Shown here piece after piece: positions 8,576 through 17,933 of a stretch of DNA of 64,000 nt. Position 1 is the stretch's first letter. Each line of letters opens with the position of its first letter. The notes beneath the pieces are model-generated. The model worked only from the letters and a program-made list of their open reading frames with translations, was not told where the DNA came from and did not search any database. A program made the position numbers and the translations under genes. Origin of the DNA: a virus; IMG/VR virus record IMGVR_UViG_3300027969_000052, positions 1-64,000 of that record. One strand, 5' to 3'.

Positions 8576-9136
8576 ATGACCAGTTTTGAATCATTCTCAG
8601 GAAAAATACTTGTAAGCCAACCTAAATGTAATAGCCCTCACTTTGCAAAAGGTGTTGTGTTAGTAGTCCAGCACGGTGTTAATGGAGCATGGGGTGTAAT
8701 GCTAAACAAGGAAGCAAAGACTGTTAATATTGGCACAGTAATGCATGCCGCAGGTATTGATTATCCCGGAAGTTCGACAGTATATTTAGGAGGACCAGTT
8801 GAGCCAGCTAGAGTTCATGTTGTACACAGTATGGATTGGTCTAGTAGTAGCACAATGCAAGTAACGCATGATATTGGCATCACTGGCGATATGAGTATTA
8901 TGGCCGCTATTGCAGGCGGCGAAGGCCCTAGTTTGTGGAGAGCAGGAATTGGATTAGCGGCTTGGAGTGCTGGCCAACTTGACGGAGAAATGAGTGGTAT
9001 TAGTCCGTGGACTCCTGATCATCGTTGGCTTACTGCGCCAGCAACTGTCGAAGTATGTCTATCAGGTACCGGCGAAGAACAGTGGCAACGTGCGATCAGT
9101 CATTGTGTTAACAACCAGATCGCAACATTATTTTAA
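8576..9136 (+). CDS. yqgE: YqgE/AlgH (DUF179) family protein
   Basis: ILVSQP....PHFAKGVVL...H...GAWGVMLNK, VYLGGPV, AWSAGQLDGEM...W motifs. Confidence 0.85.
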   Translation: MTSFESFSGKILVSQPKCNSPHFAKGVVLVVQHGVNGAWGVMLNKEAKTVNIGTVMHAAGIDYPGSSTVYLGGPVEPARVHVVHSMDWSSSSTMQVTHDIGITGDMSIMAAIAGGEGPSLWRAGIGLAAWSAGQLDGEMSGISPWTPDHRWLTAPATVEVCLSGTGEEQWQRAISHCVNNQIATLF

Positions 9137-10596
9137 TCCTTTTCAGGATTCAGCCCAGCAAGCAATTCTCGTACCTTTGAAGTACCAGTTACACCTTTAA
9201 TTTTACCTATTGAAATTCCTTCAGTAGGATCTGACTTAATTTCCCCAGTTTCACTATCCACATTATTTGCTGTTACCGTTGAGGTCTTTTTAAGAGAATC
9301 ATAAATGCTAGGGCCAGCAGGTTTCTTAAAGCCATTACCAGAATCGTCATCTTCCATTAAGTCGTTAATCTTCAGGGTATCAACATCGAACTCTAAGTCA
9401 ACTTTCTGACCGACGCCACTACTTGAACGTGTCTTCATAAACTGAATCTGATAGCGTCCACGTTCTTTCATTGCACGACTTGTAAAGATACCAATCACAT
9501 TATCAGCAGTTTGAATCTTACTCAAGCCACCCGAGATATGACTGTGGTCGAACTCAATTTCTTCAACAGCACTACGGTTTAACTGTGATGCTGTACATAC
9601 AATCGCTTGTGTCTCCATCGCCAAGTTGCGCAACTCTTCTGACACATATTTGTCTTTGACAAACAAGTCGCTTGGACTAACTTTAACACTCATCGGCATC
9701 ATCAAGTCCAAATAGTCGATTAAGATAATGTCTGGCTTGAAGCCTTTTTTAACCTGATATTCTTTCAAATATGCACGAATGTCGTTCGCAGTCTTTCCGC
9801 TAGGCATATACTTAATTTGAATGTTGCCTGCCTTCTTTCCAGTCATCTTAACCTTAAGTTCAACGTCTTCGAGATTCTTAAAAATCTCACGAGTTGCAAC
9901 TCCAGTAAGCATACTATCCATACGCATTGACACTAAATTTTCACTTAATTCAAATGTTAGGTATATAACATTTAAACCATTTAGTGCCCAGTTGATTCCT
10001 AAGTTTGCAAGGAACAATGACTTACCACCACCTGATGCCGCACACCAAATGTTCAATTCGCCTCTGTTAAATCCGCCATATAATTTCTTGTCAACACTCG
10101 GCCATCCTGTGCTAATTTGACCATTTGAGTTCTTTAATGCTTCAAGTCGTGCTCTCGGGTCTTCAAAATAATCTGTGCCCATATCCTTGTTCAAACTAAT
10201 CTGAATTGCGTCTTTGATTAGTTTCTCAACTGGACCATATTCACCTTTATCAAGTAAATCAGCACTTTTAAGAATTGCACGTTCAAGCCCTTTATGACGT
10301 GAAAAATTCTCAAATTCGTCCATTAACCAATCATAGTTTTCTCTAGGTAATTGTGCTGGTTGTAGATTTGTATTACATGCCGCATTTACAATACTTGCCT
10401 CGGGCATTACCTTATATTCATTTACATATTCATTAATGAAGGTTGCAGTTTCTTGCAATTTTCTGTCAAAATTTTCAGGGTCAAATATGTTCTGACAGCG
10501 TACAAATGTCTCTGCATCACTCATGAACATTTCAATATATAGCTTCTGAACATCAAAACTATAATTAGGTGCTTGTTTGTCTTTGTTATTGATCAT
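9133..10596 (-). CDS. gp41: replicative DnaB-like helicase (T4 gp41-like)
   Basis: ISTGW, Walker A AASGGGKS, TFELSE, IDYLDLM, TASQLNR, MKTRSSSG. Confidence 0.93.
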   Translation of the reverse strand: MINNKDKQAPNYSFDVQKLYIEMFMSDAETFVRCQNIFDPENFDRKLQETATFINEYVNEYKVMPEASIVNAACNTNLQPAQLPRENYDWLMDEFENFSRHKGLERAILKSADLLDKGEYGPVEKLIKDAIQISLNKDMGTDYFEDPRARLEALKNSNGQISTGWPSVDKKLYGGFNRGELNIWCAASGGGKSLFLANLGINWALNGLNVIYLTFELSENLVSMRMDSMLTGVATREIFKNLEDVELKVKMTGKKAGNIQIKYMPSGKTANDIRAYLKEYQVKKGFKPDIILIDYLDLMMPMSVKVSPSDLFVKDKYVSEELRNLAMETQAIVCTASQLNRSAVEEIEFDHSHISGGLSKIQTADNVIGIFTSRAMKERGRYQIQFMKTRSSSGVGQKVDLEFDVDTLKINDLMEDDDSGNGFKKPAGPSIYDSLKKTSTVTANNVDSETGEIKSDPTEGISIGKIKGVTGTSKVRELLAGLNPEKD

Positions 10597-11584
10597 GTTT
10601 TTGTTCTAGCTTTTTCTTTATTAGTTGTATTTTTATCTCACCTTGCTCTCGATACTGCAAAATTGTGAAAAGTGTGTAAATTCTTCCAAATTTCTTCACG
10701 GCATCTGCTACATCCTTTACATCTGGTCCCCAATCTGGTAGGCTAACCGACCATCCGGCTTCGAGTGCTTTCTTAATCATCGTAGCACCCGGTTTATCAT
10801 TATCAGGTACAACGATTACTTCTTTACCAAGTTTATTAATTCTAGCAATTTGAGTGTCATTTGGCTCGTTATGCATGATTGCTACACCATCTACTGCGAT
10901 CGCATCAAACTGCCCTTCGACAACAATAACAAATTTACGATCATCTGTTTGTCTATCGATATTGAAGACAACTCCTGATTGACTAGTAGTTAAGTACTTT
11001 GGCTTCCCTTCGGTAATTTTTCGACCCGTCCACCCTACAACTACATTTTCATGAAAAAATGGCACTATCACACGATCTTTATAACCGTTCTCTGGAGTCC
11101 AATGCCAGTCGTACCAATCAAGGTCCATACCTCGATTAAAAATATATGCGACCACTTCTAAAAAATTTGGATCCTCGCATCCTTCATCAATCCACTGCTG
11201 TACCGGAAGACAATTTTCTGGCAATTTTTTCGGCTCGAGACTGAAATTTAGTGGTATAGGTGTTTTGTCTAATTCGTCTTTATTCTTTAGTGCTTCTAGG
11301 CTAAGTCGGTTGATCTCATCATCTGGCATACCGAGCCAGCGCATAAGATTTTTAGTATTTTTACTTAATAGTTTACCAGGAGTCCAACCGGCCTTGAAGC
11401 CACAATTGAAGCAATGATACTGGAATCCGTCATCGCCTGATGTTTTGACGCCCCCACGCTGGCGCTTGTCCTGCCTCTCTCCATTATGGACACAGCAGAG
11501 GGCGTTGAAACTGATCCAACCACTTGGAGTTTGTTTTTTCTTCGGAGGCAGAAATTGTAAAAATGTCGCTTGAATCAGATTCAT
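10586..11584 (-). CDS. gp61: DNA primase (T4 gp61-like; Zn ribbon + TOPRIM)
   Basis: CCVH...YHCFNC Zn-binding region, VVEGQFDA and PDNDKPG TOPRIM motifs; overlaps the helicase gene. Confidence 0.85.
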   Translation of the reverse strand: MNLIQATFLQFLPPKKKQTPSGWISFNALCCVHNGERQDKRQRGGVKTSGDDGFQYHCFNCGFKAGWTPGKLLSKNTKNLMRWLGMPDDEINRLSLEALKNKDELDKTPIPLNFSLEPKKLPENCLPVQQWIDEGCEDPNFLEVVAYIFNRGMDLDWYDWHWTPENGYKDRVIVPFFHENVVVGWTGRKITEGKPKYLTTSQSGVVFNIDRQTDDRKFVIVVEGQFDAIAVDGVAIMHNEPNDTQIARINKLGKEVIVVPDNDKPGATMIKKALEAGWSVSLPDWGPDVKDVADAVKKFGRIYTLFTILQYREQGEIKIQLIKKKLEQKHDQ

Positions 11585-11590
11585 GCAACT

Positions 11591-11619
11591 ATTTTAACTT
11601 CTTAGTTGGACTTTGTCAA
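11591..11619 (-). promoter_or_regulatory. sigma70-type promoter for primase-helicase, apparently leaderless
   Basis: TTGACA (11619-11614), 17 nt, TAAAAT (11596-11591), then 6 nt to ATG 11584. Confidence 0.7.
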
Positions 11620-12502
11620 GTTTTCCGTTAGGCCAATATGGCTGATTGGGCGTCGGGTTACCTGCCGCACCAGCACCGTACCAATTTTGTCCAGAGCCGT
11701 CAGCATCCGGAATGTATTTTACTTTAATATTTGTGAAATTTCCACTAACATTAACATATCTTACACCATTGGTTTTAGTAGAAAGGTTAATACTGGTAAG
11801 TAGGGCATATAGCTCGTTGTTATTACCAGAGCCGCTTGGGGAATTTTGTAATGTGCCGTATACATCAATATGTCCTTTAAAGTTATTGAGATAAAATGCC
11901 AGTGTTTGAAGACCGTTATTAGTATTGAAAGCTGGGTTAGCCTCCATATTTCCTGAATGGAAGCTCCACCATTGGTGTTGCACCTGACCAGAGGTGTCCT
12001 TGGGACTATCTCTAAAGTTTTCAAAGGTAGTATTTTCGATACTAGGTGTTAAGTATGGCTCTACATCGTTACGGATTTCGGCTGTTCCTTTAACTCCGTA
12101 GTATGTATCAGCATACGTCGGAGTATAGTTACCTTGGCTATCTAGACTTACGATTGAAAAATTAAAACTCTGGGCTGGTATATCTAGAAGGTCGCTTTCT
12201 GAGAGTGTTAATACTGCTAACCCTCTAGTGCTAGTAGTGACTCCGTCGTCAATAACTGTAAGTGGTTTAGGATTGAACGGCATAACGTTATCCTCACCAA
12301 ACATTTTAAAGAAAAATGTGCTCGAGCTGATGTTAACCGGCTTTTGATCGGAATTTTTAAATTGTAGCTGGACTTGGTTTTTCAAGCCCTTTTGAAAAGT
12401 TAGGTTGCGTTGGTACATGACGTTGTTCACACCTCGAGAGTTTTCCAAATCTAGCTGTACATGGTAGATGTTGGTATATAAATAGACAGGTAAATTCTGC
12501 AT
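11594..12502 (-). CDS. probable virion structural protein (BppU-like beta-sandwich N-terminus)
   Basis: FQKGLKNQVQLQFKNSDQKPVNI...GLAVLTLSESDL; start at ATG 12502, 5 nt after TAAATA. Confidence 0.6.
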   Translation of the reverse strand: MQNLPVYLYTNIYHVQLDLENSRGVNNVMYQRNLTFQKGLKNQVQLQFKNSDQKPVNISSSTFFFKMFGEDNVMPFNPKPLTVIDDGVTTSTRGLAVLTLSESDLLDIPAQSFNFSIVSLDSQGNYTPTYADTYYGVKGTAEIRNDVEPYLTPSIENTTFENFRDSPKDTSGQVQHQWWSFHSGNMEANPAFNTNNGLQTLAFYLNNFKGHIDVYGTLQNSPSGSGNNNELYALLTSINLSTKTNGVRYVNVSGNFTNIKVKYIPDADGSGQNWYGAGAAGNPTPNQPYWPNGKLDKVQLRS

Positions 12503-12521
12503 ACCTATATTTATTAAGTAA

Positions 12522-12911
12522 ATGATAACACGTAAAGACCAGCAATTCCAGGAAAACTTTCCTTTTATAACCTGCATTAAATGTAACGAAGACGAATACG
12601 TCGGAATTGTAATAAACTACGATTCTAACGTCACAAGTATCTACGATTTCGGCATAATTCGCACAGAAACTGAAAAATCTATCTTTTTAGAGATGGGCGA
12701 GAACTGGTGGTGGGAATCTAATCGTAAAATTCCTATTAATATTTTCTTAAAACAAGAAATGTCGATATTTAGACCATATATTAAAACATTTACAAGTAAA
12801 GATGTTTCAATAATCTTCGGTCCTACTGTAAATTTGAGTGAAATTGCAGAAAAACGGATAAAACGTAAATCTATTCAGCTAGTTCGCAGTCCTAGGAATA
12901 TCCGTAGCTAA
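12522..12911 (+). CDS. phage hypothetical protein
   Basis: 129-aa ORF (FPFIT...EYVGI...WWWESNRKIPINIFLK); TATAAATA at 12477-12484. Confidence 0.75.
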   Translation: MITRKDQQFQENFPFITCIKCNEDEYVGIVINYDSNVTSIYDFGIIRTETEKSIFLEMGENWWWESNRKIPINIFLKQEMSIFRPYIKTFTSKDVSIIFGPTVNLSEIAEKRIKRKSIQLVRSPRNIRS

Positions 12912-13461
12912 TTTGTTCACAGATTAAATTCATTTGAACAACGATGGCATGTGCATACGCAACTGCATGTGCTTTCTTAAAGAAATACTCATCACTTTCT
13001 GGTTTAACCCATACTTCCTTTGTCACTATTTCCCAATCTTTTCCGATTAGATATCGTTTTGCTGGACGAATAACCGCTAGTACCGCCGCTAGTTGTTCTA
13101 TAGTCCTCGGTTTCATTTCTCTGAGAATTGAACCATGTCCGTTGACGTGAAAAAGCAAGTTGACGAAATCGTCCTGTTCCAGTAAATCCCATAATGGCTC
13201 CGTATTCATTAGTTGGATTAAATGTTCTTCGTTTTTTACACCATTGTATATACCAACGTTAAGAAAATCTATTTTAAAATAGCCTCTTGATTCTGCTTCC
13301 TTGTATTCAATGCTAGCTAACCCAGTCAATGGGTTAGTTGGGATCTGATGACAGTATACACCGGTGTTATGTTTCTTATCTTCAGACATTGCGGCAGGTA
13401 CATTTTTAATTTTTTCAAGTATTTGTGTTCTATCAGCGAAGTCGATGTCAATATCTGGCAT
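12892..13461 (-). CDS. dnaE: miniature DNA polymerase III alpha (DnaE) catalytic core
   Basis: PDIDIDF, KHNTGVY, GYFKIDFL, KP.TIEQLAAVLAVIRP and FKKAHAVAYA correspond in order to DnaE PDFDVDF, KHAGGVV, GLVKFDFL, P..FEDMIALVALFRP and FNKSHSAAYA. Confidence 0.85.
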   Translation of the reverse strand: MPDIDIDFADRTQILEKIKNVPAAMSEDKKHNTGVYCHQIPTNPLTGLASIEYKEAESRGYFKIDFLNVGIYNGVKNEEHLIQLMNTEPLWDLLEQDDFVNLLFHVNGHGSILREMKPRTIEQLAAVLAVIRPAKRYLIGKDWEIVTKEVWVKPESDEYFFKKAHAVAYAHAIVVQMNLICEQISYGYS

Positions 13462-13847
13462 TATAGTTCTCCGCTTTTTGCTAATGCCAACATCATACTG
13501 TACTGCTCAAATGCTTTTTGTACAGAGGGGTACTTGTTACGAAGAAACTTTTCTTGTTCTTTCTGTTCCATTAACGTTTCAAATATACGATAGTGATGAG
13601 ATCCGTAAGTTTTCATATTATTGAAAACTTGTTCTTCGAAATCTTTTATTTTTTCCAGATCGCTTTCTGGAATTTCTATAGTGAGCAACCGTTCGGTATC
13701 ATTTACTATGTTTAAGTTTTCGACTATCTCTTTGTCTTGGGGATATTCAAAATATTTGTTAGTAATAAGTTTTCTCATTCTATAAAATCTCTTATTACTA
13801 TCAATAACTTTAATATTTCGACGCTGGAAGAAATTATTATCACTCAA
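13461..13847 (-). CDS. hypothetical protein
   Basis: 128-aa ORF overlapping both neighbours in an operon. Confidence 0.7.
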   Translation of the reverse strand: MSDNNFFQRRNIKVIDSNKRFYRMRKLITNKYFEYPQDKEIVENLNIVNDTERLLTIEIPESDLEKIKDFEEQVFNNMKTYGSHHYRIFETLMEQKEQEKFLRNKYPSVQKAFEQYSMMLALAKSGEL

Positions 13848-14538
13848 TTCCGCTCTCCCTACAAATTTCTTTCACTAATTCTGCATCTGCTGGTTTTGAT
13901 TTAAATTTCTTTACCCAAAACATTACATCTAACGCTGGCTGAATTAATTCAAGTTGATCGTCATTCATATTCTCTAACATTGTCTTACCACTAACGCAGT
14001 TCAACACCACCCATGCACTCAATTTGCCGTTTCTAATATCGTGTACTGCTCGATTAAGATTAACATACCTAAAATAATGTTGCCACTGTGCTCCGCTAGT
14101 ATCTCCCCACTCCATCATTGTTGTAATGGTTCTTTGAACTGCGGCTTCTACTGGTTCGATCTTTAACATTTCAAAAAGATACTGATCGTAGAGTTCGTCT
14201 CTACACCAATGGTCTAATTTAATTCCGCTTTTAATTACAAAGTCAACAAACTTGTCTGGATATAACGGACTTACATTAGTAACAAAACTTCCAAACTTAA
14301 CAAAGGCATTATAGTACGAGCTTTTACAAAAATCATCATAACTCTTTTGCTTGCGCTGATTTTGACTGAGCTCATACCAGCGATTCCATGCCATGTACCC
14401 TGCCTGTACACGCTTTTCAGTTCGTTGCATCGCACGGCGCTTTGGCTCACACATATGAGCCATCAGAGTTTTCTCTTGCATAAAACTCTTAGTGCAATGT
14501 ACACATTGAAAAGGTTGTTCGGCTAGTTCCATTATCAA
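13840..14538 (-). CDS. protein with N-terminal C2H2/C2HC-type zinc finger
   Basis: FQCVHCTKSFMQEKTLMAHMC matches F-x-C-x2-C-x3-F-x5-L-x2-H-x-C. Confidence 0.75.
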   Translation of the reverse strand: MIMELAEQPFQCVHCTKSFMQEKTLMAHMCEPKRRAMQRTEKRVQAGYMAWNRWYELSQNQRKQKSYDDFCKSSYYNAFVKFGSFVTNVSPLYPDKFVDFVIKSGIKLDHWCRDELYDQYLFEMLKIEPVEAAVQRTITTMMEWGDTSGAQWQHYFRYVNLNRAVHDIRNGKLSAWVVLNCVSGKTMLENMNDDQLELIQPALDVMFWVKKFKSKPADAELVKEICRESGIE

Positions 14539-15239
14539 AATTTATAAACCGGTAGTGAATATTGTGGGTCGTGCATCTTAGGTCGGAGTCGCATTTCTAA
14601 TCTTGTTTTTCCTTTAATTACCATAGTATGTAACAAAGTCGGATCAGCAAGTTGATGTACAGTCCATGTACCTTTGCTCTGCTTTCCAGTTTCAGTCAAG
14701 AATGTTCCGTATGTTGTATTATATAAAGGAAGATTCCCAGATCTCTTAAATCCGCATAAACTACAATTATACTGCTTATCTTTTACAATAGCAAGGAGAT
14801 AATATTCCTTAACTGCTTTTACTTTTTCAAACCAACCTTCTATATACACATTCCAAAGTGCGGGGGAATCTTTTGTGTGAAACATTGTATCAACATGGCT
14901 GTGGTATGTCTGGAACATGCTTGCTTCGCCTGACTTTGATGTTTTGCCTTTTCCATTACATTTGCCTACACTCTTAACGTCAAGCCCTACATCTATCCCC
15001 ATTCGAACATCTACAATTGAATTACCAGCCCCTGCCCATTCTGCTCCAACGATACTATCTGCAACAGCATATTCCCACGCTTCTTTACCTATGCTAAGTG
15101 GTCTACCTTTAGCAATCTGCTTACGCATAGGAACCATAAATTCATCAACTTCCTTTTGAAAGTTTTTAATAAAGTCAGGCCCAACTAATAATTGTATTTC
15201 TGTGGCGGACATAGGTGTTAACGGATACAAGTTACTCAT
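14535..15239 (-). CDS. putative PD-(D/E)xK restriction-type endonuclease
   Basis: EAWEYAV...IVDV...GLDVKS pattern; ATG 15239 overlaps the upstream stop. Confidence 0.55.
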   Translation of the reverse strand: MSNLYPLTPMSATEIQLLVGPDFIKNFQKEVDEFMVPMRKQIAKGRPLSIGKEAWEYAVADSIVGAEWAGAGNSIVDVRMGIDVGLDVKSVGKCNGKGKTSKSGEASMFQTYHSHVDTMFHTKDSPALWNVYIEGWFEKVKAVKEYYLLAIVKDKQYNCSLCGFKRSGNLPLYNTTYGTFLTETGKQSKGTWTVHQLADPTLLHTMVIKGKTRLEMRLRPKMHDPQYSLPVYKF

Positions 15240-15690
15240 ACTCTTTCCGTTGCTTTTTATCAAAGCCCATCTTATCAAATAACTCTTCTTTATCTTTCTT
15301 GTCCATCATCTTGGCCATTATTTTTATATCTTCTAACTTCATTGCTGGATACAAGTCGAGCAATAATTTTTCAATTTTAATGGCTTTTTCTTTGCTACTG
15401 GCTTTTAAATATGGATGGTAGCAATTAATTCCGGTGCCACAGCTAGCAAACAATTTCCATAACAATGCCTTGTGATTTTTACTTAGAGTCCAATGGTTTT
15501 TATTAACAAATTCGTTAGTCCTTTCTAAATACCATTCTTGTATATCTGTTTCATTAAGTTGTACATTTGCAACATACCGCATTAGTATATAGGGGCTGAA
15601 TTCTTTCTTTTCTTGGTCAGAAAGATTGTCATAGAAATTATATTCTCGTTGATCTACTGCACGTAATTCTCGCTTAATATCAAGAGCCAT
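15232..15690 (-). CDS. gp62: clamp loader small subunit (T4 gp62-like)
   Basis: KEFSPYILMRY...N..H....HK.LLW...HPYLK pattern; replication-block context. Confidence 0.65.
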   Translation of the reverse strand: MALDIKRELRAVDQREYNFYDNLSDQEKKEFSPYILMRYVANVQLNETDIQEWYLERTNEFVNKNHWTLSKNHKALLWKLFASCGTGINCYHPYLKASSKEKAIKIEKLLLDLYPAMKLEDIKIMAKMMDKKDKEELFDKMGFDKKQRKEYE

Positions 15691-15976
15691 TTTTATCCTT
15701 GCTTAGGTGATATATTATTTTAACACGTTCTAATGCGTCTTGTAAAGTGGGATTAGTTTTTGCCATTCGACGAATTTCCCCCCACATTTTATCTTCCGTA
15801 ATGTGATCGTGTAACGGACGACCGTCGCTAGTACGTGGATCAAAGTTTGGATTATCTTTATCGTAGTCCCAACCGGTTACTTTTCTAGTCATAGGGTCTG
15901 CTCCAAATTCTCTACTGTAGACTACATTGCCCACACGTTCGTGTATAAGTGTTGCACCAGGTTTAAGACTTCCCAT
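15680..15976 (-). CDS. phage hypothetical protein
   Basis: 98-aa ORF overlapping the next gene in an operon. Confidence 0.7.
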   Translation of the reverse strand: MGSLKPGATLIHERVGNVVYSREFGADPMTRKVTGWDYDKDNPNFDPRTSDGRPLHDHITEDKMWGEIRRMAKTNPTLQDALERVKIIYHLSKDKNGS

Positions 15977-15979
15977 AGT

Positions 15980-16483
15980 TTACCAACACTTCGAATAATC
16001 TACAATTTCGCTCTGGCGACTAACTTCTTTAACAAAATAAGCACATACAGGTTTCTCTCCACCAGACAACGGAGTAGTTAGTAGTTGACCAGGTTTCATT
16101 TTTGGAAAATACCATTTTACTTCAGGGTATACGTTGATAATATCAATATCGTGAAACTCAGGACGGAAGCTACTCAATGGGTTGAAACAAAATGTCCTAA
16201 ATCCTCTATCGTTTAAACTAGTTAAAGGTAATACTTCCATTTCTGGTCCGGTCGGGTCGCCTACGATAGTACACCAATCTAAAGGCATGGTGAGCTCGTA
16301 AGGTCCGATCTTAAGTACGGCGGCAGGCCCTGTAAAACTTTCTAAGAAGATTAGCGGTAAGAAAAAATGATCAGGATTTTGATTATCACTGTTATCTAAA
16401 ACAGAGTATCGAAAATCTTCATCAATTTCATTAGGCAGATCATTCAAATAGAATGTTGTATTTTCTAATGTTAATATTTGCAT
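15980..16483 (-). CDS. phage hypothetical protein
   Basis: 167-aa ORF directly after uvsW. Confidence 0.75.
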   Translation of the reverse strand: MQILTLENTTFYLNDLPNEIDEDFRYSVLDNSDNQNPDHFFLPLIFLESFTGPAAVLKIGPYELTMPLDWCTIVGDPTGPEMEVLPLTSLNDRGFRTFCFNPLSSFRPEFHDIDIINVYPEVKWYFPKMKPGQLLTTPLSGGEKPVCAYFVKEVSRQSEIVDYSKCW

Positions 16484-16484
16484 T

Positions 16485-17933
16485 TTAGTATTTTACCTTT
16501 TCAATTGCGAATGGATATCTTGCATCTTTATAAAACCGTTTACGCTCAGTAAGATGACGCTTTGCGTATTTTGAACTAGCAGTGATATCCCATATCTGTA
16601 CAAAGTCTTTGTCGTCAGCTTTTCGAACTCCGCGACCTATTGATTGAATAACACGGACAAACGATTTGCCGGGCTCCAGAAGAACCAAATTAAAGATCCT
16701 AGGTATATTAATACCAACAGCCGCGACACCATAGGTTGCAACAATAATTTTGTCATCAGCAGTCGCCACTTCACGATATTGTTCCTTTCGGTCTTTTGAT
16801 TTAATTTTTCCGCTAACAAAAACGCTATCTGGAATTTCGTTTATAATAAAATTACCAGTTTCGATCCTATCGACTAAGATCAAGGTATTGCCGCTACTGG
16901 CAATATTTTTTATTAATTTTGATACCCATTCCATCCTAGTATCGTCAGTAACAAGATATTTTAATTCTGCAGGATAGCTTTCAAATTCTTTCCATTCTTG
17001 TGTTTGCACAATGTTTACATGGCATTCGGCCAATATGCCTTTTTGCTGTAAGTCGTATGCAGAAACTCGATGAATTACATCACCTAAACTACATTTAATA
17101 CTTTCAAAACTTAAATCATCTTTAGGTACTGTTCCCGTTAATCCCCAACGAATTGGCGCATTTGCAAAATTAACAGTAAGCAATTTCTTTAATACTTCTG
17201 CTTTGGCTTGATGCACTTCGTCAACAACAATAGCACTAACACCTTCAATAAACTCTGCAAGGCTAAGTGTATTTGGATCATGCGACTTTTTATCTAGCAC
17301 ATTTAAACTTTGCCAGGTGCAGATAGTATGAGTTTTACCCAGTTCTTTTCTATCGCCAAAATACACACCGACGTCTAGCCCAACGTTTCTAAAATCTTCT
17401 TCTGTTTGTAGCACAAGATCTTTGTTAGGAACAATAGTCATAGTGCGACCATACTTTTCACAAATCTTAGCAAGGGTAGCAGTCATAATAGTCTTACCTG
17501 CACCCGTTGCTACTTCTTGTAATGCCTGCGGATTTCCTAGGAAGTTATTAACTACTTCAACTTGGTCATCTCGCAAACGAATTGGCTCTCCGGCAAAGCG
17601 ATGTCCTTCTGGCCAACACTGGTCTCCCCAAAAATCTCCAGATACTTTTTCAAACGATAATTCTTTATGCTGACGCTGATCTTCGACTTCAATGTAGTAG
17701 CCCCATCCTTCTAACAACGGAAGAATACGGTCAAGCAAACTAACATAAGTCGTACCTCCAAGGCCAAAGAAAGGAGTACAGCCGTCCCAACGCCCTAGCT
17801 TATATGCCGGCATAAACTTCGCAGACGGATCAAAGTATTTGAATTTCTTGACTAACTCCTTGCGGGTAGCTAAGTCAAGGTTTTCAAACTTAACGTTAAT
17901 TTCGTCTTTGATTATTAATTTTGTTGTGGACAA
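16485..17933 (-). CDS. uvsW: UvsW-like SF2 DNA helicase
   Basis: LRDDQ, ATGAGKT, VDEVH, GLTGT, QSIGRGVR; N-terminal WDG motif. Confidence 0.92.
   Translation of the reverse strand: MSTTKLIIKDEINVKFENLDLATRKELVKKFKYFDPSAKFMPAYKLGRWDGCTPFFGLGGTTYVSLLDRILPLLEGWGYYIEVEDQRQHKELSFEKVSGDFWGDQCWPEGHRFAGEPIRLRDDQVEVVNNFLGNPQALQEVATGAGKTIMTATLAKICEKYGRTMTIVPNKDLVLQTEEDFRNVGLDVGVYFGDRKELGKTHTICTWQSLNVLDKKSHDPNTLSLAEFIEGVSAIVVDEVHQAKAEVLKKLLTVNFANAPIRWGLTGTVPKDDLSFESIKCSLGDVIHRVSAYDLQQKGILAECHVNIVQTQEWKEFESYPAELKYLVTDDTRMEWVSKLIKNIASSGNTLILVDRIETGNFIINEIPDSVFVSGKIKSKDRKEQYREVATADDKIIVATYGVAAVGINIPRIFNLVLLEPGKSFVRVIQSIGRGVRKADDKDFVQIWDITASSKYAKRHLTERKRFYKDARYPFAIEKVKY

Noticed and set aside
12892-13461. 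dnaE pseudogene fragment
   Set aside because: Catalytic motifs are intact and collinear in one clean ORF coupled to its upstream gene, which fits a functional mini-protein better
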